A stretch of DNA of 63,395 nucleotides, filler included, from Reticulomyxa filosa (lineage: Eukaryota > Protista > Foraminifera): NCBI GenBank assembly GCA_000512085.1. It is 23 parts of 23 records of this genome, joined end to end, with 100 filler letters (N's around TTAATTAATTAA, not from the genome) between each part and the next. Parts side by side here need not be neighbours in the genome. Positions count along the whole stretch, not along the records: positions 1 to 2,583 come from ASPP01046903.1; positions 2,684 to 5,221 come from ASPP01035156.1; positions 5,322 to 8,178 come from ASPP01014245.1; positions 8,279 to 11,571 come from ASPP01044836.1; 19 more parts are not named here. The stretch is one strand, 5' to 3'. Made by a program: the position numbers and the translations under genes. Every line of letters starts with the position of its first letter. Position 1 is the stretch's first letter. Shown piece by piece: positions 1-11,671 of the stretch. The notes below the pieces were generated by a model. That model made no database searches. It saw only the letters and a list, made by a program, of their open reading frames with translations, and had not been told where the DNA came from.

Positions 1-532
1 GTCTTAAATATATATTTCTTTGGGATTGCATTGTTCCAATTATTGCACAAGTACGGTTTTGCTGCAGTTGGAAACGAGTGGACGCGTTATGGATAGCTGA
101 TGTTTGTAACATGCTTTTATTTTGACCACATTGATACTATCGATCATTTTTTATTTGGAATATGTTATTTGAAAATACGCTTTCTCTCATTTTGGAGTAT
201 TTACGTTTACCAACGATGAGGAATGTTCATCAAAGACATTGGCTCAATTATTCGTTATAAAGTGCAACGGAATGATAGAACAAGAACGCTCGAAAAGACA
301 GAAGCTCTATCGACAGTCAAAATTGTAACCCTTGTTTCTTTGTATTGTGTTTTCACAAAACATGGGCATTGTCAATTTTTTACGTTTGTTGAATCATTGG
401 TTTTTCTCTATTATTCTTTCATAAGCATATTCATAGAGAAAGAAGTAATCTTCGCATGAAATAAGCCATTGCATTTCTTTCCATTTATAAGGAAATTATT
501 ACTCAATTGCTTGCAGAACAAATATTTACGAG

Positions 533-2030
533 ATGCAAGTCTTTTTGATGTGTGTTGAGTTGCTGTCGTTGCAATGCAAAACTAAACAAAAGTGTCACAC
601 ACCCAGGCTGAAGACAATGAAACAAGAGATCTCATTAAAAATGAATAACTCAAATGTATCATTACATGATATTTACAAACATCTCCCTCATTATCCAATT
701 ATTCAGGCACATTGGGAAATAATATCATTATCCATGGTATCCTACAAACGCACAATTGATATACAAAGAAAAGATTTATCAAAAAGTATTCCAATTCAAG
801 ATAGAGTTATTTTATCAAATAACAAACCTAAATTCAATCCTTTGTTATGTAAATGTGATTTGCATAAACTTAAAATTACGCAAGATACAGTAAATATACA
901 ATTGATAAAAAACAACGAATTGCAGAGACTATTTCATGAAGTAATAAAGAATGGTTATTTGCGTGATTTGGCCTCTAAAAAGTTATTACGATCAACAAGT
1001 GAAGGAGTAATAAAAAAAACAAATTAATTATAATGAAAAGGATGAAGATGGTGAATTGATATTAAATGATTTGATATTAACAATATTAAACGAATTGAAG
1101 ATATTGTATCATGATGATATTCATAAACATATGGGATATCCACTTCAATTACATCAAATTTGTGCAATTTTATTGTATTGTGGTAGATCATGTAATATTG
1201 AATTCAGTTATGATCAAATCCAATTTAAACACCATAAATGGCCTTATTTGGACTGGTATTTGTACGAATCTATTAGAATACTTCATAAACATGAAAGAAG
1301 AGAAGAAAGTGAAATGAAATTATATTGTGGATTGAAAGGAGTGAGATTTGAAAATACTAAAAAAGAAATAAAAAAAGGGTTTTTACATAAGTAATGTCAG
1401 TACTTCTGATTATATTGAAGTTGCAAAAATATTTCGAAGTAATTAAGGATGTATTTTACATTTTCATCCTTCTATGAGAAGAGCAAACCCAATATTTAGT
1501 TGTGATGTATCATGGTTATCTCCATTCAAACATGAACGTGAAATTTTGTTTCTATATATAGTAGTACAGATGATAAAACACATAAAGAAGAATATGCATG
1601 GAACGCAAAAGTAGAGAGTGAAAATGAATATACACAAATGATATTATTAACATGGGTTCTCTATGATCAGTATATCCAACAAACTATGCAAATAAGTGCA
1701 ATATGGAATCATTCCGTTGATACAAATCTTATTTATGTTGCACTTCATTATTTCAGTAAAGGAAATATAAATGAAACGTTTAAATTATTGCTTGAATTTA
1801 GACAATGGAAACTTCAACATAAAAATAAACAAAAATACAAAGAGAGCATAAATAAATTTTTGAAAAAAGCGTTGCTGTAATCACAATATCAATTTATTTT
1901 GTATGTTTTCTTCAGAAAAATACAAAGGGCGAACTGCTGCTGAACGTGCAATAACAAACACTGCTTCCAATGGTTTACCGTTTGCTAAAAAGGATCAACA
2001 CACACATATGAGTATTTTAAGACTGTTATG
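533..2030 (+). pseudogene. Disrupted paralog of the ADP-ribosyltransferase-like gene at 36073-38630
   Basis: ORFs 533-1027, 1056-1394 and 1638-1880 plus the intervening frames align colinearly with ORF 36073-37614 (KFNPLL, LHEVIKNGYL, HMGYPLQLH, LYCGL, STS at 1399-1407, HFHPSMRRA, CDVSWLSPFKHEREILF, NGLPF). There are several frameshifts and an in-frame TAA where the paralog has Gln (N*GCILHF vs EQGCILHF). Confidence 0.9.
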
Positions 2031-2244
2031 ATAATCAATTGAATTGGTTTAAAAGTTTTACGAGAACTGCATTTCGAATATGTATTTATTTGTTGAATGG
2101 AATAATATCTTTGCAAACGTCATCGATAAATTTGTGGCAATTTTACAAAAAAGAATTTAAACAAATCGTTTAGTAAAAAAATGTTGTGAATTAATTATTA
2201 TTTCGAATATATTCACTATTTTTAATTTTGCATTTTTGTTAATT

Positions 2245-2503
2245 TAATAATATTTGACAGTACCATATCAATAAATATCATTAAATTGTAATGTAAAATA
2301 TAGAATTTAAATTTGACAAATATATTTGTTTTTCAAACTTGTGGTTAATGCTATTATTGTAAATTTGCAAATTATATTTCTTGAATTTTACAGTTTTTTT
2401 TAATCATAAATTTGAAAAACAAATATATTTGTCTAATTCAAATTCTATATTTTACATTACAATTTAATGATATTTATTGATATGGTACTATCAAATATTA
2501 TTA
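2245..2503. repeat. Long inverted repeat (fold-back), arms 2245-2347 and 2401-2503
   Basis: Two ~103-bp arms are reverse complements with about 6 mismatches by eye, around a ~53-bp spacer. Confidence 0.93.
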
Positions 2504-2583
2504 CAGTAGAATGCAAAGTAAAGTTGACACCTAAAATGGCACCTTATAGAGATGATTGATTTTCTTCATGAAAAAACAACATT
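2504..2583 (+). mobile_element. Tc1/mariner-type transposon or MITE terminus (copy 1, end type A)
   Basis: TA|CAGTAGAATGCAAAG...AAAGTTGACACCTAAAATG.CACCTTATAGAGATGATTG; nearly identical to 19668 onward; runs into the contig end. Confidence 0.75.
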
Positions 2584-2683
2584 NNNNNNNNNNNNNNNNN
2601 NNNNNNNNNNNNNNNNNNNNNNNNNNNTTAATTAATTAANNNNNNNNNNNNNNNNNNNNNNNNNNNNNNNNNNNNNNNNNNNN
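2584..2683. other. Artificial contig spacer (N44-TTAATTAATTAA-N44); 22 copies split the window into 23 unlinked contigs
   Basis: Identical 100-nt spacer with stops in all six frames starting at 2584, 5222, 8179, 11572, 12960, 14900, 17987, 19835, 22654, 27284, 31721, 34417, 35601, 41622, 44915, 46119, 47345, 48466, 51314, 54788, 56693 and 60960. Confidence 0.99.
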
Positions 2684-3000
2684 GTAAAAGCTACCGTTTG
2701 ATATCAATAGTTTAGCATTGAAAGTCATATACTGACTATCAATCATGTGTGAAGACAAAGAGGTACATGATCTCATTGTTTTTCTTTTTTTACGAACAAA
2801 GTTACACCTGATCATAGTTTTTATATATTTATTGTTATTCAAGCTTGCTTTCTGTATTTCAATCTTGAAATTCAATAACTTTGAAAAAGCAGCTATTTTT
2901 GATAAAATGAACTATTATAAAAAGTAATTTTTTATGAATAGAATCATATACGTCTTTTTTAAATCTATTGATATTGGTATTAGTCAATAATAAAGACATA

Positions 3001-5221
3001 ATGTCTACAGTGCTTTCATTTTTACTGGATGCGTCAGTATTCTGTAAGGAAGACATGACAAACAAACTATGGGACAAACTAGACAAAGTACACGACTGCC
3101 AATCAGTAAAAGATCTTTTGTATTTAGAGCAAAGTGAATGAGACGAGATTTTCATGCAAATTGGAGAAGCCAAAGCCACAAAACGCAGAATTATGGAAGC
3201 ACTAGATGCTCTCAGTCTGAAATCAGATTTAGGCACTCAGTTAATCAAAAATGATCTTTTTAAGATTTACAATATTAATTTGAACTGTAAAACAATACAA
3301 TCGAATAGATTAAAATCAATTCCACAACCACAAGGTGAATTCCCCTTAGTTGGCTTAATATTATCGTTATAAATTTTGGGGTAGGTTTTTTCATCTTCTC
3401 CCCCCTCCTCCTTCCTAATATGATATTATTTAAAAAATAGAATGTCATCTAGAATACGATGAAAAAGAGGCAATGGAACATGTTATAAAAATCGCAAATG
3501 AACAAACAGAAAAAATTTTGCAACTTTATGTTTACGCACCAAATGAAAATCAAATCGTGGTTAATTTCAAGGATTATTCAAATGGTTTGTTTGTCCCAAA
3601 AAAAAATAAAATCAATTTTTATTTTGCTATGTTGCATATCTATTAAAAAGAGTATATGATAACAGGATATTATCAATTGAAGAATATCGGTGATGATATA
3701 TTTTATGGTGATTTTGAAGTCGAACAAAAGAAATTAAATATTTGTGTCAGTTGTAATGGACAAACCATTTCCCATTTTGTGTCTTCCCAGTCGGTGATTT
3801 CTCTTATTAAAATTCAAAGTGGATCTTCACCCACTTTGAATGAAATTACAATACTGAATCACCTAATTAAGACGACCAATGATTGGACATCTTTTCAACT
3901 TGCAGTTCGTGCTGCAGAGGACATAAGAACAGAGATTCGTGAAGCATTGTCAGGACAAAATAATCTAACAATCAATCACAAACTGATATTTCATCAGTTA
4001 GTTATTATATTTCTTTATAAAAATATACGTAGATGTAGTGTTCTACACAACAACAACAACAACAACAAAGGTATTAAAACGTCTATTAATAATTGACTGG
4101 AGACGAAATTATTTAAACACATTTGATGACAGCAATAAACTGAAAAATGAACTACCTCCGTGGGATTTCTTTGTAATTATGAAGTTCATGTCACAAGAGT
4201 ATGGAACCAATTTGAATGCATCAGTATACAATATATTGACAAAATGCTTAGAAAATTATCAAAAGGTCTCCAACTTATCCCATTTGGATCTCTTCTGTCT
4301 TATTCCATGTTTCAATTACTTGCGTTCTATACAAAGTAACATATCAGATACGCGATTCTTCAATGATCAGAACATCGAATCGCAAGAAGAATTAAAGGAA
4401 AACAATATGAAAGAAATGATACTTGATATTCTGCAAACAGAATTGCGTATTTGTCAATCGAAAGATATTACACCAGAGATATTCACAGAAGCATATGTAT
4501 TTCAATTACTATACATTCAACAAGATCACAAACTATCTCATTCCATTTTGCAATTTCTATTCGAACAAAATGAACAGGTTTGGATTAATATCACAAGTGT
4601 AGATAATAACATAACACGAACCTCAATGCTCGCAGAATATCCTCACAAGATGTTTACACGCAAACTGGTGAGCATCTGCAAAGATATCATTGAACGTGTC
4701 TCCTTTGAAGTGTACATGAAAGTATTTGAGAGTGCGAATCAAACATGAGAGCATTTATCCAAAGTTATCTATTTTTTCTTTGAATTATCACACAACAAAA
4801 ATTATTTTTTATACATTAATAAAAAAAAAATAAAAAACAATAAATTGCAATTTGCTGATGTGACATGGTTTGAAAATGTAAATTGGAAAAAAACATTTGA
4901 ATTGTGAAGAAGTGGAGTATATATTGACCGATTGGTATCAAACATACAAAGATCGGACGTTGAGATGATTGTTTATCAGTTTGGAATTTGCAAAGAGATT
5001 TACTCGCTTCGCATGGATTATTGGGAAAAAGGTGGACGTTTGGATACGTGTAGGCATGGGCAAACGTGGAAAATCAAGCATGACACTGAAAAAATCCGTC
5101 AAAACACGACAAAGCATGTGGAAGAAATCTGTGTGCGATTTAACAGCAGTGATATCGATTGGGAACAAATTGTGTACATTCTTTGGCAATACTATCTATT
5201 ACAAGACAAACAAGATTATGT
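3001..5221 (+). pseudogene. Multi-exon hypothetical gene with N-terminal SAM-like motif, interrupted by three in-frame TGA codons; 3' partial
   Basis: Approximate exons 3001-3334, 3441-3585, 3666-4000, 4071-4763 and 4845-5221 join in frame. SAM-like stretch VKDLLYLEQSE*DEIFMQIGEAKATKRRIMEAL. TGA at 3139, 4746 and 4905; the last intron has no AG acceptor. Confidence 0.6.
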
Positions 5222-5394
5222 NNNNNNNNNNNNNNNNNNNNNNNNNNNNNNNNNNNNNNNNNNNNTTAATTAATTAANNNNNNNNNNNNNNNNNNNNNNN
5301 NNNNNNNNNNNNNNNNNNNNNCGTATACTTTTGCTTGTTCTCGTCATTTGAAAGTAATTTGATTGGTTGACTTGTTTTTGAAACCAATCAAAAG

Positions 5395-6125
5395 ACATTG
5401 GGTTTTGAAAGAATTCAAAAATTACGATGACGAATTGGAATATGTGGACGAATTGCTGAAGTTGGATGTACGCAATAACAGCGCTTGGAATCATCGCTAT
5501 TTTATTATCTCTCAAACCACCGGATTTACTCTTCCAGTCGTGCTGAGAGAAATTAGGTTGGAAGTTTATGTTTTATCTTTCATCTTGTTTTTGATTTTTC
5601 TTTTTTTTTTTTTGGGGGGGGGGGGGGTCATTTTTTTTTTTTTTTAAATTATCATATTGCATTATACATATATGCAATGTATGTGTACATGTTTGCTTGC
5701 ACTTGTACAGTTATTGTCAAACAAAGCTTGGCCAGATGTCAGATAATCAAAGCGCTTGGTATTATTACACGGATTTGATATTGGTGCAATTGAGACAGTT
5801 GACACATGGAAAATATGAAGATAAAACTACTAGTGACACCAGCCCGGGCGAAAAAAGTTGGAAAGTTCATAGATTGGCTCAAATTGAGTGGCTTAAAAAA
5901 CTACTCGTTGCACAGCCCTATTCCGGCCGATGCATTTTATGTTTGATCGATGTTTTATGCGATGACACGTACGCCACTTTGGAAGATGCTATCTTCGCTG
6001 AGGAGCTATGTGATAAACTAATGCTCGAGGTTGACAGAATACGGTATCAATATTATCAGTATTTAAAGGACACTAAGATCAAAAATTGCAAGCTTTCTAG
6101 AAGCCAAACCACAATCAAAAAATAA
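5395..6125 (+). CDS. FNTA: Protein farnesyltransferase/geranylgeranyltransferase-I alpha subunit, 3' exons
   Basis: PPTA repeats RHWVLKEF...[26 protein letters not shown] and DNQSAWYY, C-terminal DRIRYQYY; GT-AG intron 5557-5710. Confidence 0.85.
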
Positions 6126-6885
6126 AACATATAATCAACAATCTTTTTTTCCTTTAAACAAAAAAAAAAAGAGAAAAAGAGGTCATTGTTCTTGTTGATC
6201 TTTTTTAAGTTTTTTTTTTTTTCTTTTGGTCCGCTAATAGTGATTACTTTCAATCATTTCCATTTGAATGTGTTTGTCCGCCATTTTGTTAGTTTCCTTA
6301 CATTGGAGATTTAGTCAATCAGGGCCACATATGCAACAGAAATTTCTATAACTTTTTAATTTTGGTTTTTTTTTTAAAACTGCCTTGCAAGTTTATTAAA
6401 AAAAAAATTTTGAACAAAAAGCATTTTGAATTTTTTGCTTGACTTGTTGGTTGTTGATCAAATAAACACAAAAAAAAAAAAAAAAACGAATACCACATTG
6501 TTAAAAAAGTTGTGAACTGACGGGGCCACAATATCATAATTTTTTCATTCGAAGAGACTACAAAATACATTGGGTCAAGTAAAGCAACAAAAAAATTATA
6601 ACCAGGGGAAAGACTTCAAATGACATCTTTTTTTATAAAAAAAAAAAAAAAAAGTTATATGCTGCATTTTATGTAAGCTTCAACAACTTCCTACAATTGA
6701 AATACAGTAAGGAGAGGAAGTATTTATACAAATAATAATAAAATAATAATAATAATAATTTTTCTTGGTCACAACTTTGCTCTTCCTCGTTTACATCAAA
6801 GGACCACTTTGCGGAAAAATGGATGGAAATAACAAAAAGTGGATGAGGTAGTCATTACATTCCGAGTTCGATTTCGAGATCAGTA

Positions 6886-8178
6886 TCAATTGGTTGTGTC
6901 ATCCACCGTTGTCTCAGTGACCAATTTACGTGCCAAAGATGTGGCAGGGGTTAAGCGATGAGCATTTGCACGAGTGTTCAAACTTGTGTATTCCTGTATT
7001 TGTCAAAATCATATTATATTTTCAAAACTAAAAAGAAGAGACTCTTTATGGTGCACGTATGACATATGCATATATAAGCATACATATATAAACATATATA
7101 TGTACATATAAACATATATATATGTATATGTATATGTACATATATATTAAATAAACCTCGGATCTCTTTGCTTTTTTTTTACGACACCAGGCGCAACAAC
7201 AAATAAACCTACAGGAAGGACATTTCCACAAGTGCCATGCGGCGTGATGGCAATCATGGATAGGGGTTTCCAAATAGAATCTCAGCAAACAAGATTTGCA
7301 ATATTTTTTGGTGCAAGTTTTCATAGTGTGCTTGACAATAAAAACGTGTCCACAAATGATAATATCATCCAATTTTTTCTTGTTTTTGCACTGATGACAA
7401 CTCAACATATCTTTGTGAACGGGTTCTTCCAAAACCATGCGATACCCTGTTTCGCAATTACCTTTCACGCAAGACGACGACTCGCCGCTTGCGTACTCGC
7501 GTCCATTTTCTCGTTTTTCCAGTCCGTCGTGTTTCATCGTGGTCTTCCGACTCTTTTTCTTGGATGCTTGCGAGTGTAGTAGTGGCGTGGCTCCGTTTTG
7601 GACTGGCTCCATTTTCGGGCACTCGGCTCTGTCTTCTTGTTCTTCTTGTCCTTCTTCGTCTTCGCGTTTGTAGGGTTCCGTATCACCTTCAGTGGTAGGT
7701 ACAAAGCTAGTGTCCAGAGACAGCCCGCCCTGGTCATCCGCGACCTCATTCAACTGCGTGGCAAGGATGGAGGTGTTTATATCCGATATCATCGGCGGCA
7801 AAATCCCATTGGGAAACAACGCATCAGTATTGTATGGTTTTTCATCTCTAATGATATATATATACATATATTTATATATATATATGTATTACGTATACGT
7901 ATTGTATGTGTGGAAAAGTTGTAAAGTAAGTTGAAGAAGTTAGGATAAAAAAAAAAAAACTGAGGGAAATGAAGTGATCCAAAGTGTTGGGGATGCATCG
8001 CATTCATGCTGTTCAATAGCGAGGGTGGGAACAGCGCCAGTTCCCACGGGATTCGTACTTTTTCCAAGGCAGTGTTCGGACAATGACTATTACTTGGACT
8101 GATATTATGGAGATGGTGATAGTGGTGATTGTTATTTGGTTGGAACACGTCGTCGTTGTTGTTGTTGTTGTTGTTGTT
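6886..8178 (-). CDS. zf-4CXXC_R1 zinc-finger protein (CDCA7/JPO1-like), 5' partial
   Basis: SCHQCKNKK...CGH...CTKKYCKSCLLRFY...WKCPSCRFICCCAWCRKKK. A phase-0 intron 6994-7156 joins a last exon (6993-6886) ending in TGA. Asn/His-rich N-terminal region. Confidence 0.85.
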
Positions 8179-8278
8179 NNNNNNNNNNNNNNNNNNNNNN
8201 NNNNNNNNNNNNNNNNNNNNNNTTAATTAATTAANNNNNNNNNNNNNNNNNNNNNNNNNNNNNNNNNNNNNNNNNNNN

Positions 8279-11200
8279 CCCCCCCCCAAGCAGTAATACT
8301 CTCTTCAGCCGTACTTTTGGCCAAGGTACTTAAAAAGCGCGATAAAGATGTTTTAATATTATTGAATGCCCTTTTCACATTTGGATCGTCAATATTTTTG
8401 TTGAATACGAAGCAAATTCAGAGGCAACCAGTTGGATACTCATGTGCTTTTCAATTGCCTCCAATATCGGCCTGATATCAATTTGCATCACCGTAGATTT
8501 CGGTTTGATGCTTTAAAAACAGCTCACGAAATTTGCAATTGGGTTTAGCAAAGTCATCTAATACACTCAATATTCTGGCGATTTGTGATTTTTCTTTTCA
8601 ATGATGTAGTACTTGTTTTCACGGCCGCTAATTTCATCATTTCATCGTGCAGATCCAAATACATTTGTTTTAATCGTTTGTCAAATTGTTCAATTATTTC
8701 TTGCGGAAAGTATGCAAATATTATGGGATAATCTTTTTTGTAATTTTTTGATTTCAGTAAATCGATTGAAAACATTTTCGACTTTTTCAATCATGCCCTA
8801 TGCTGTCATCATCTTTTTCATCATCATCGTTAAGATGTTCCTTCACTTTCGGTAAAGTTCAAAGAATTGAGTTGACTTTGAACAAAGATAGAATACGTTT
8901 GTAAAAATTCTTCCATCAAATCCCAATGTGTTTGTGGTTTCTTGTCTCAGAGGGATTGCCGATTTATTCTCTGTTTTGTTTTTTTTTTTTTCATCCTCTT
9001 TCGTCTCATTGTCGCTATTTTCATTGCCATTTTTATCAGATTGATTTGTGCAACACCTTTTTGCAGTTCTGGTGGCATTCAACACTTCAAAAGGTGTACC
9101 CAGAATTTTTTTTTAAATTTTGCAATCTCATGTTCGCATTGACGAATTTTGTCGTTCAATTCTTTTTTAATTGTTAATTAATCTTTGCACATCACTTTTC
9201 AAAAAGCCATGGGCTCTTTAATGATTCAGTAATGCTTTTGCAATGATGCCATTCCCTTTTGTAACAGTTCTTCATATTCCTTCTTTACTTGTTCGTCCTT
9301 GTCCAGTATTTTCTTTTAATTCCTTCACTTGTTCTTGAAAGCCTTCTTTGCTTTTCGCTTCTTCTTCTTCTTCTTCTTCTTCTTCTGATAAATTTTCCAA
9401 CTTTTGTTGTTCTTTTTTGATATCGCCCTCCACAGCTTGTGTGGATTTATATCCTTTTGCGGTCAAATATTCCATTGCTTCTTTATTATTTGACCCCAAC
9501 AAAGAAGAAGCTAACGATCGTGAATTGGGGTTCTTTTTTCCATATTCTCGTTTGATATCTTCCAATTGTGAACTTGTTTGTGTCTTATTTGCAATTGGTT
9601 GATATTTTGGTTCAAACGTAGCCTCGATGTTGGTTAGTTTTTCTTTCATTGCAGCATTGTGAATACTTTCTGCACATGGTTTGAGTCGGATCAAATCCTC
9701 TTCTCATTTTTTCATAATTTGGTACATTTTTTGTGCCCAATGCAAATTCACGACGAATTGTAGCCAATGTGGCTCGCACCGATTGCTCCAATGGAACACT
9801 CACCTTTTCACGAAAAGGGGCCAATTCTGGAATGATCACTTCCAAACGACGCAAATTTCCAAGATGGATAAAGATGTTACGAGCTTCTTCGAGGAGTTCA
9901 GGATGGTCCAAATCGAGTTCTAATTCTTGGCTTGATTGTTGCAATTCATGTAAATGCAATGTCAATATTTGTTTTACGGTTTCCTTCAAATTGCTGCTGC
10001 CATCTCTCAGACGTTCGTCAATCCACTCCGATTGATTTATACACACGACGCACTCGTACAGTCGATTGTAATCAAAAGATACTTTTGGCTTATTGAAAGA
10101 GTCGAGTATTGTGTCAATGTCTTTTTGGACAAAACCAAACATCGTTTCGATAGTTTGATAATACTGACTTCCTGTCCTTTGTTTTACGGCTTGTATGGTT
10201 CGAAGATCAGCCATTACTGAAATAAACCTTTTGATTTCATCAAATGTTTGATATCTTTGCTTTTCAAAAAGATATAAAATCTTTTGTGTAATTTTTTCAA
10301 AATATCCAATAATTTCATCTACAAATGATCGAACCAACTCTTTTGTCGACTTGTCAAGTCCAACATGTTCATAAGGTAAATCAAATGCATTTGCTGCTTC
10401 CTCCAAGAAAGGGACTATCCTTTTCAAAATGTCGACAGCAGTTTTGTCGAGTTGTTCAATTCGAATATTCGCTATTTCAATTTTTTCTGTTTCATGCTTT
10501 TCCTCGTTTGACGTAGTGAATTCTTCTTTGATTGTCTTTTTCAATACAACAAATCCTTCATTTATAGCATTATGTAGATGAATTAATAATTCATTTTCCA
10601 AATCTTTGATCTCTTTTTTGATATCTATGAGACAACCAAGATGTTCTTGAAGAATCAAAGTCCTTCCAATCTTCTCCAATTCTTTTCGAAACTCCAGAAA
10701 TTTATTCTTTGTAATACATTCCTTTGCTTCATCCACACAATTTACAACTCTCTTTTTCAACTTTTGGCATGCTTCGTTGTAAGAGCTACGGAAATCAGGG
10801 AAACAGGTTTGCACTTGTGCAATTTTATCCAAATGAATTTGTAATATGCTTTCATTTCCTTCCTTTTCATCTTCGATTGCATTACTCAAAAGCCGCATTT
10901 GTTCGTGGATATTTTGAATTAAAGATTCGCCACAAATTGTATCTTTCAAATGACTTTGCAATTCATTTGCAGAAACAAGCTCAGTTACAACTTTCTGATA
11001 AATTAACACATCACCTTTACTTATTGAATGTGGAGATGCAATTCGTTTATTGAATATTGACTTAGCATCTTCAATTTTTTTGTTCCATTCATTGGTCAAA
11101 TTTTTTACACAGTCATTGTATTCATTTTCAATCGTTGGAAGTTTCAACACATTATTCAGGTCTGTGAGTTCATCCAATTTTGTTTTGGCAAGTTTGTAAT

Positions 11201-11453
11201 CTCCATTTTGATAAGCCAACCAAATATTTTCTTTGTGTGTTTGCACTTGCATTTGGACCGCTTCTTTAGCACTCTCGGGAATAAAAGGTTGAAAGACCTC
11301 TTCAGGATCGTTAATAAAATCCTTTATATCAATAAGTTCCTCCAACAAACTCTCTGGTGAATCTTTCACTAAATTTGGTGCAATCACTCCATTTCTTGTT
11401 TTTTTAACAATATCTGCCAAAATTGAAGTATTTTTTCCAAAACATTTCAACAT
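8279..11453 (-). pseudogene. Large alpha-helical/coiled-coil hypothetical protein with a frameshifted 3' half
   Basis: The 613-aa ORF 9612-11453 continues through overlapping shifted ORFs (9272-9694, 8843-9085, 8554-8790) with similar Glu/Lys/Leu-rich composition. No family motif recognised. Confidence 0.55.
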
Positions 11454-11671
11454 TTTTTATATTTTAAATAAAGACAAATGAAAAAAAAGATAATTAACTG
11501 CAGGACCGCAACATTTTTTTCTTTTTATTCATTATTTTTTCCTTTTTTATTTTCTTCATTTATTTTATTTTNNNNNNNNNNNNNNNNNNNNNNNNNNNNN
11601 NNNNNNNNNNNNNNNTTAATTAATTAANNNNNNNNNNNNNNNNNNNNNNNNNNNNNNNNNNNNNNNNNNNN

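Noticed and set aside
3139-4907. Genome-wide UGA=Trp genetic code
   Set aside because: TGG is used for Trp throughout, and TGA ends apparently normal genes (WD40 at 32160-32162 where paralogs use TAA; zinc-finger gene at 6886-6888). The same gene has also lost an AG acceptor.
7232-7934. Many overlapping antisense and alternate-frame ORFs (also 9348-11053, 13268-14533, 45658-46115, 52517-53888)
   Set aside because: They are shadows of real genes on the opposite strand or frame, with Phe/Ser/Leu-biased translations and no motifs.
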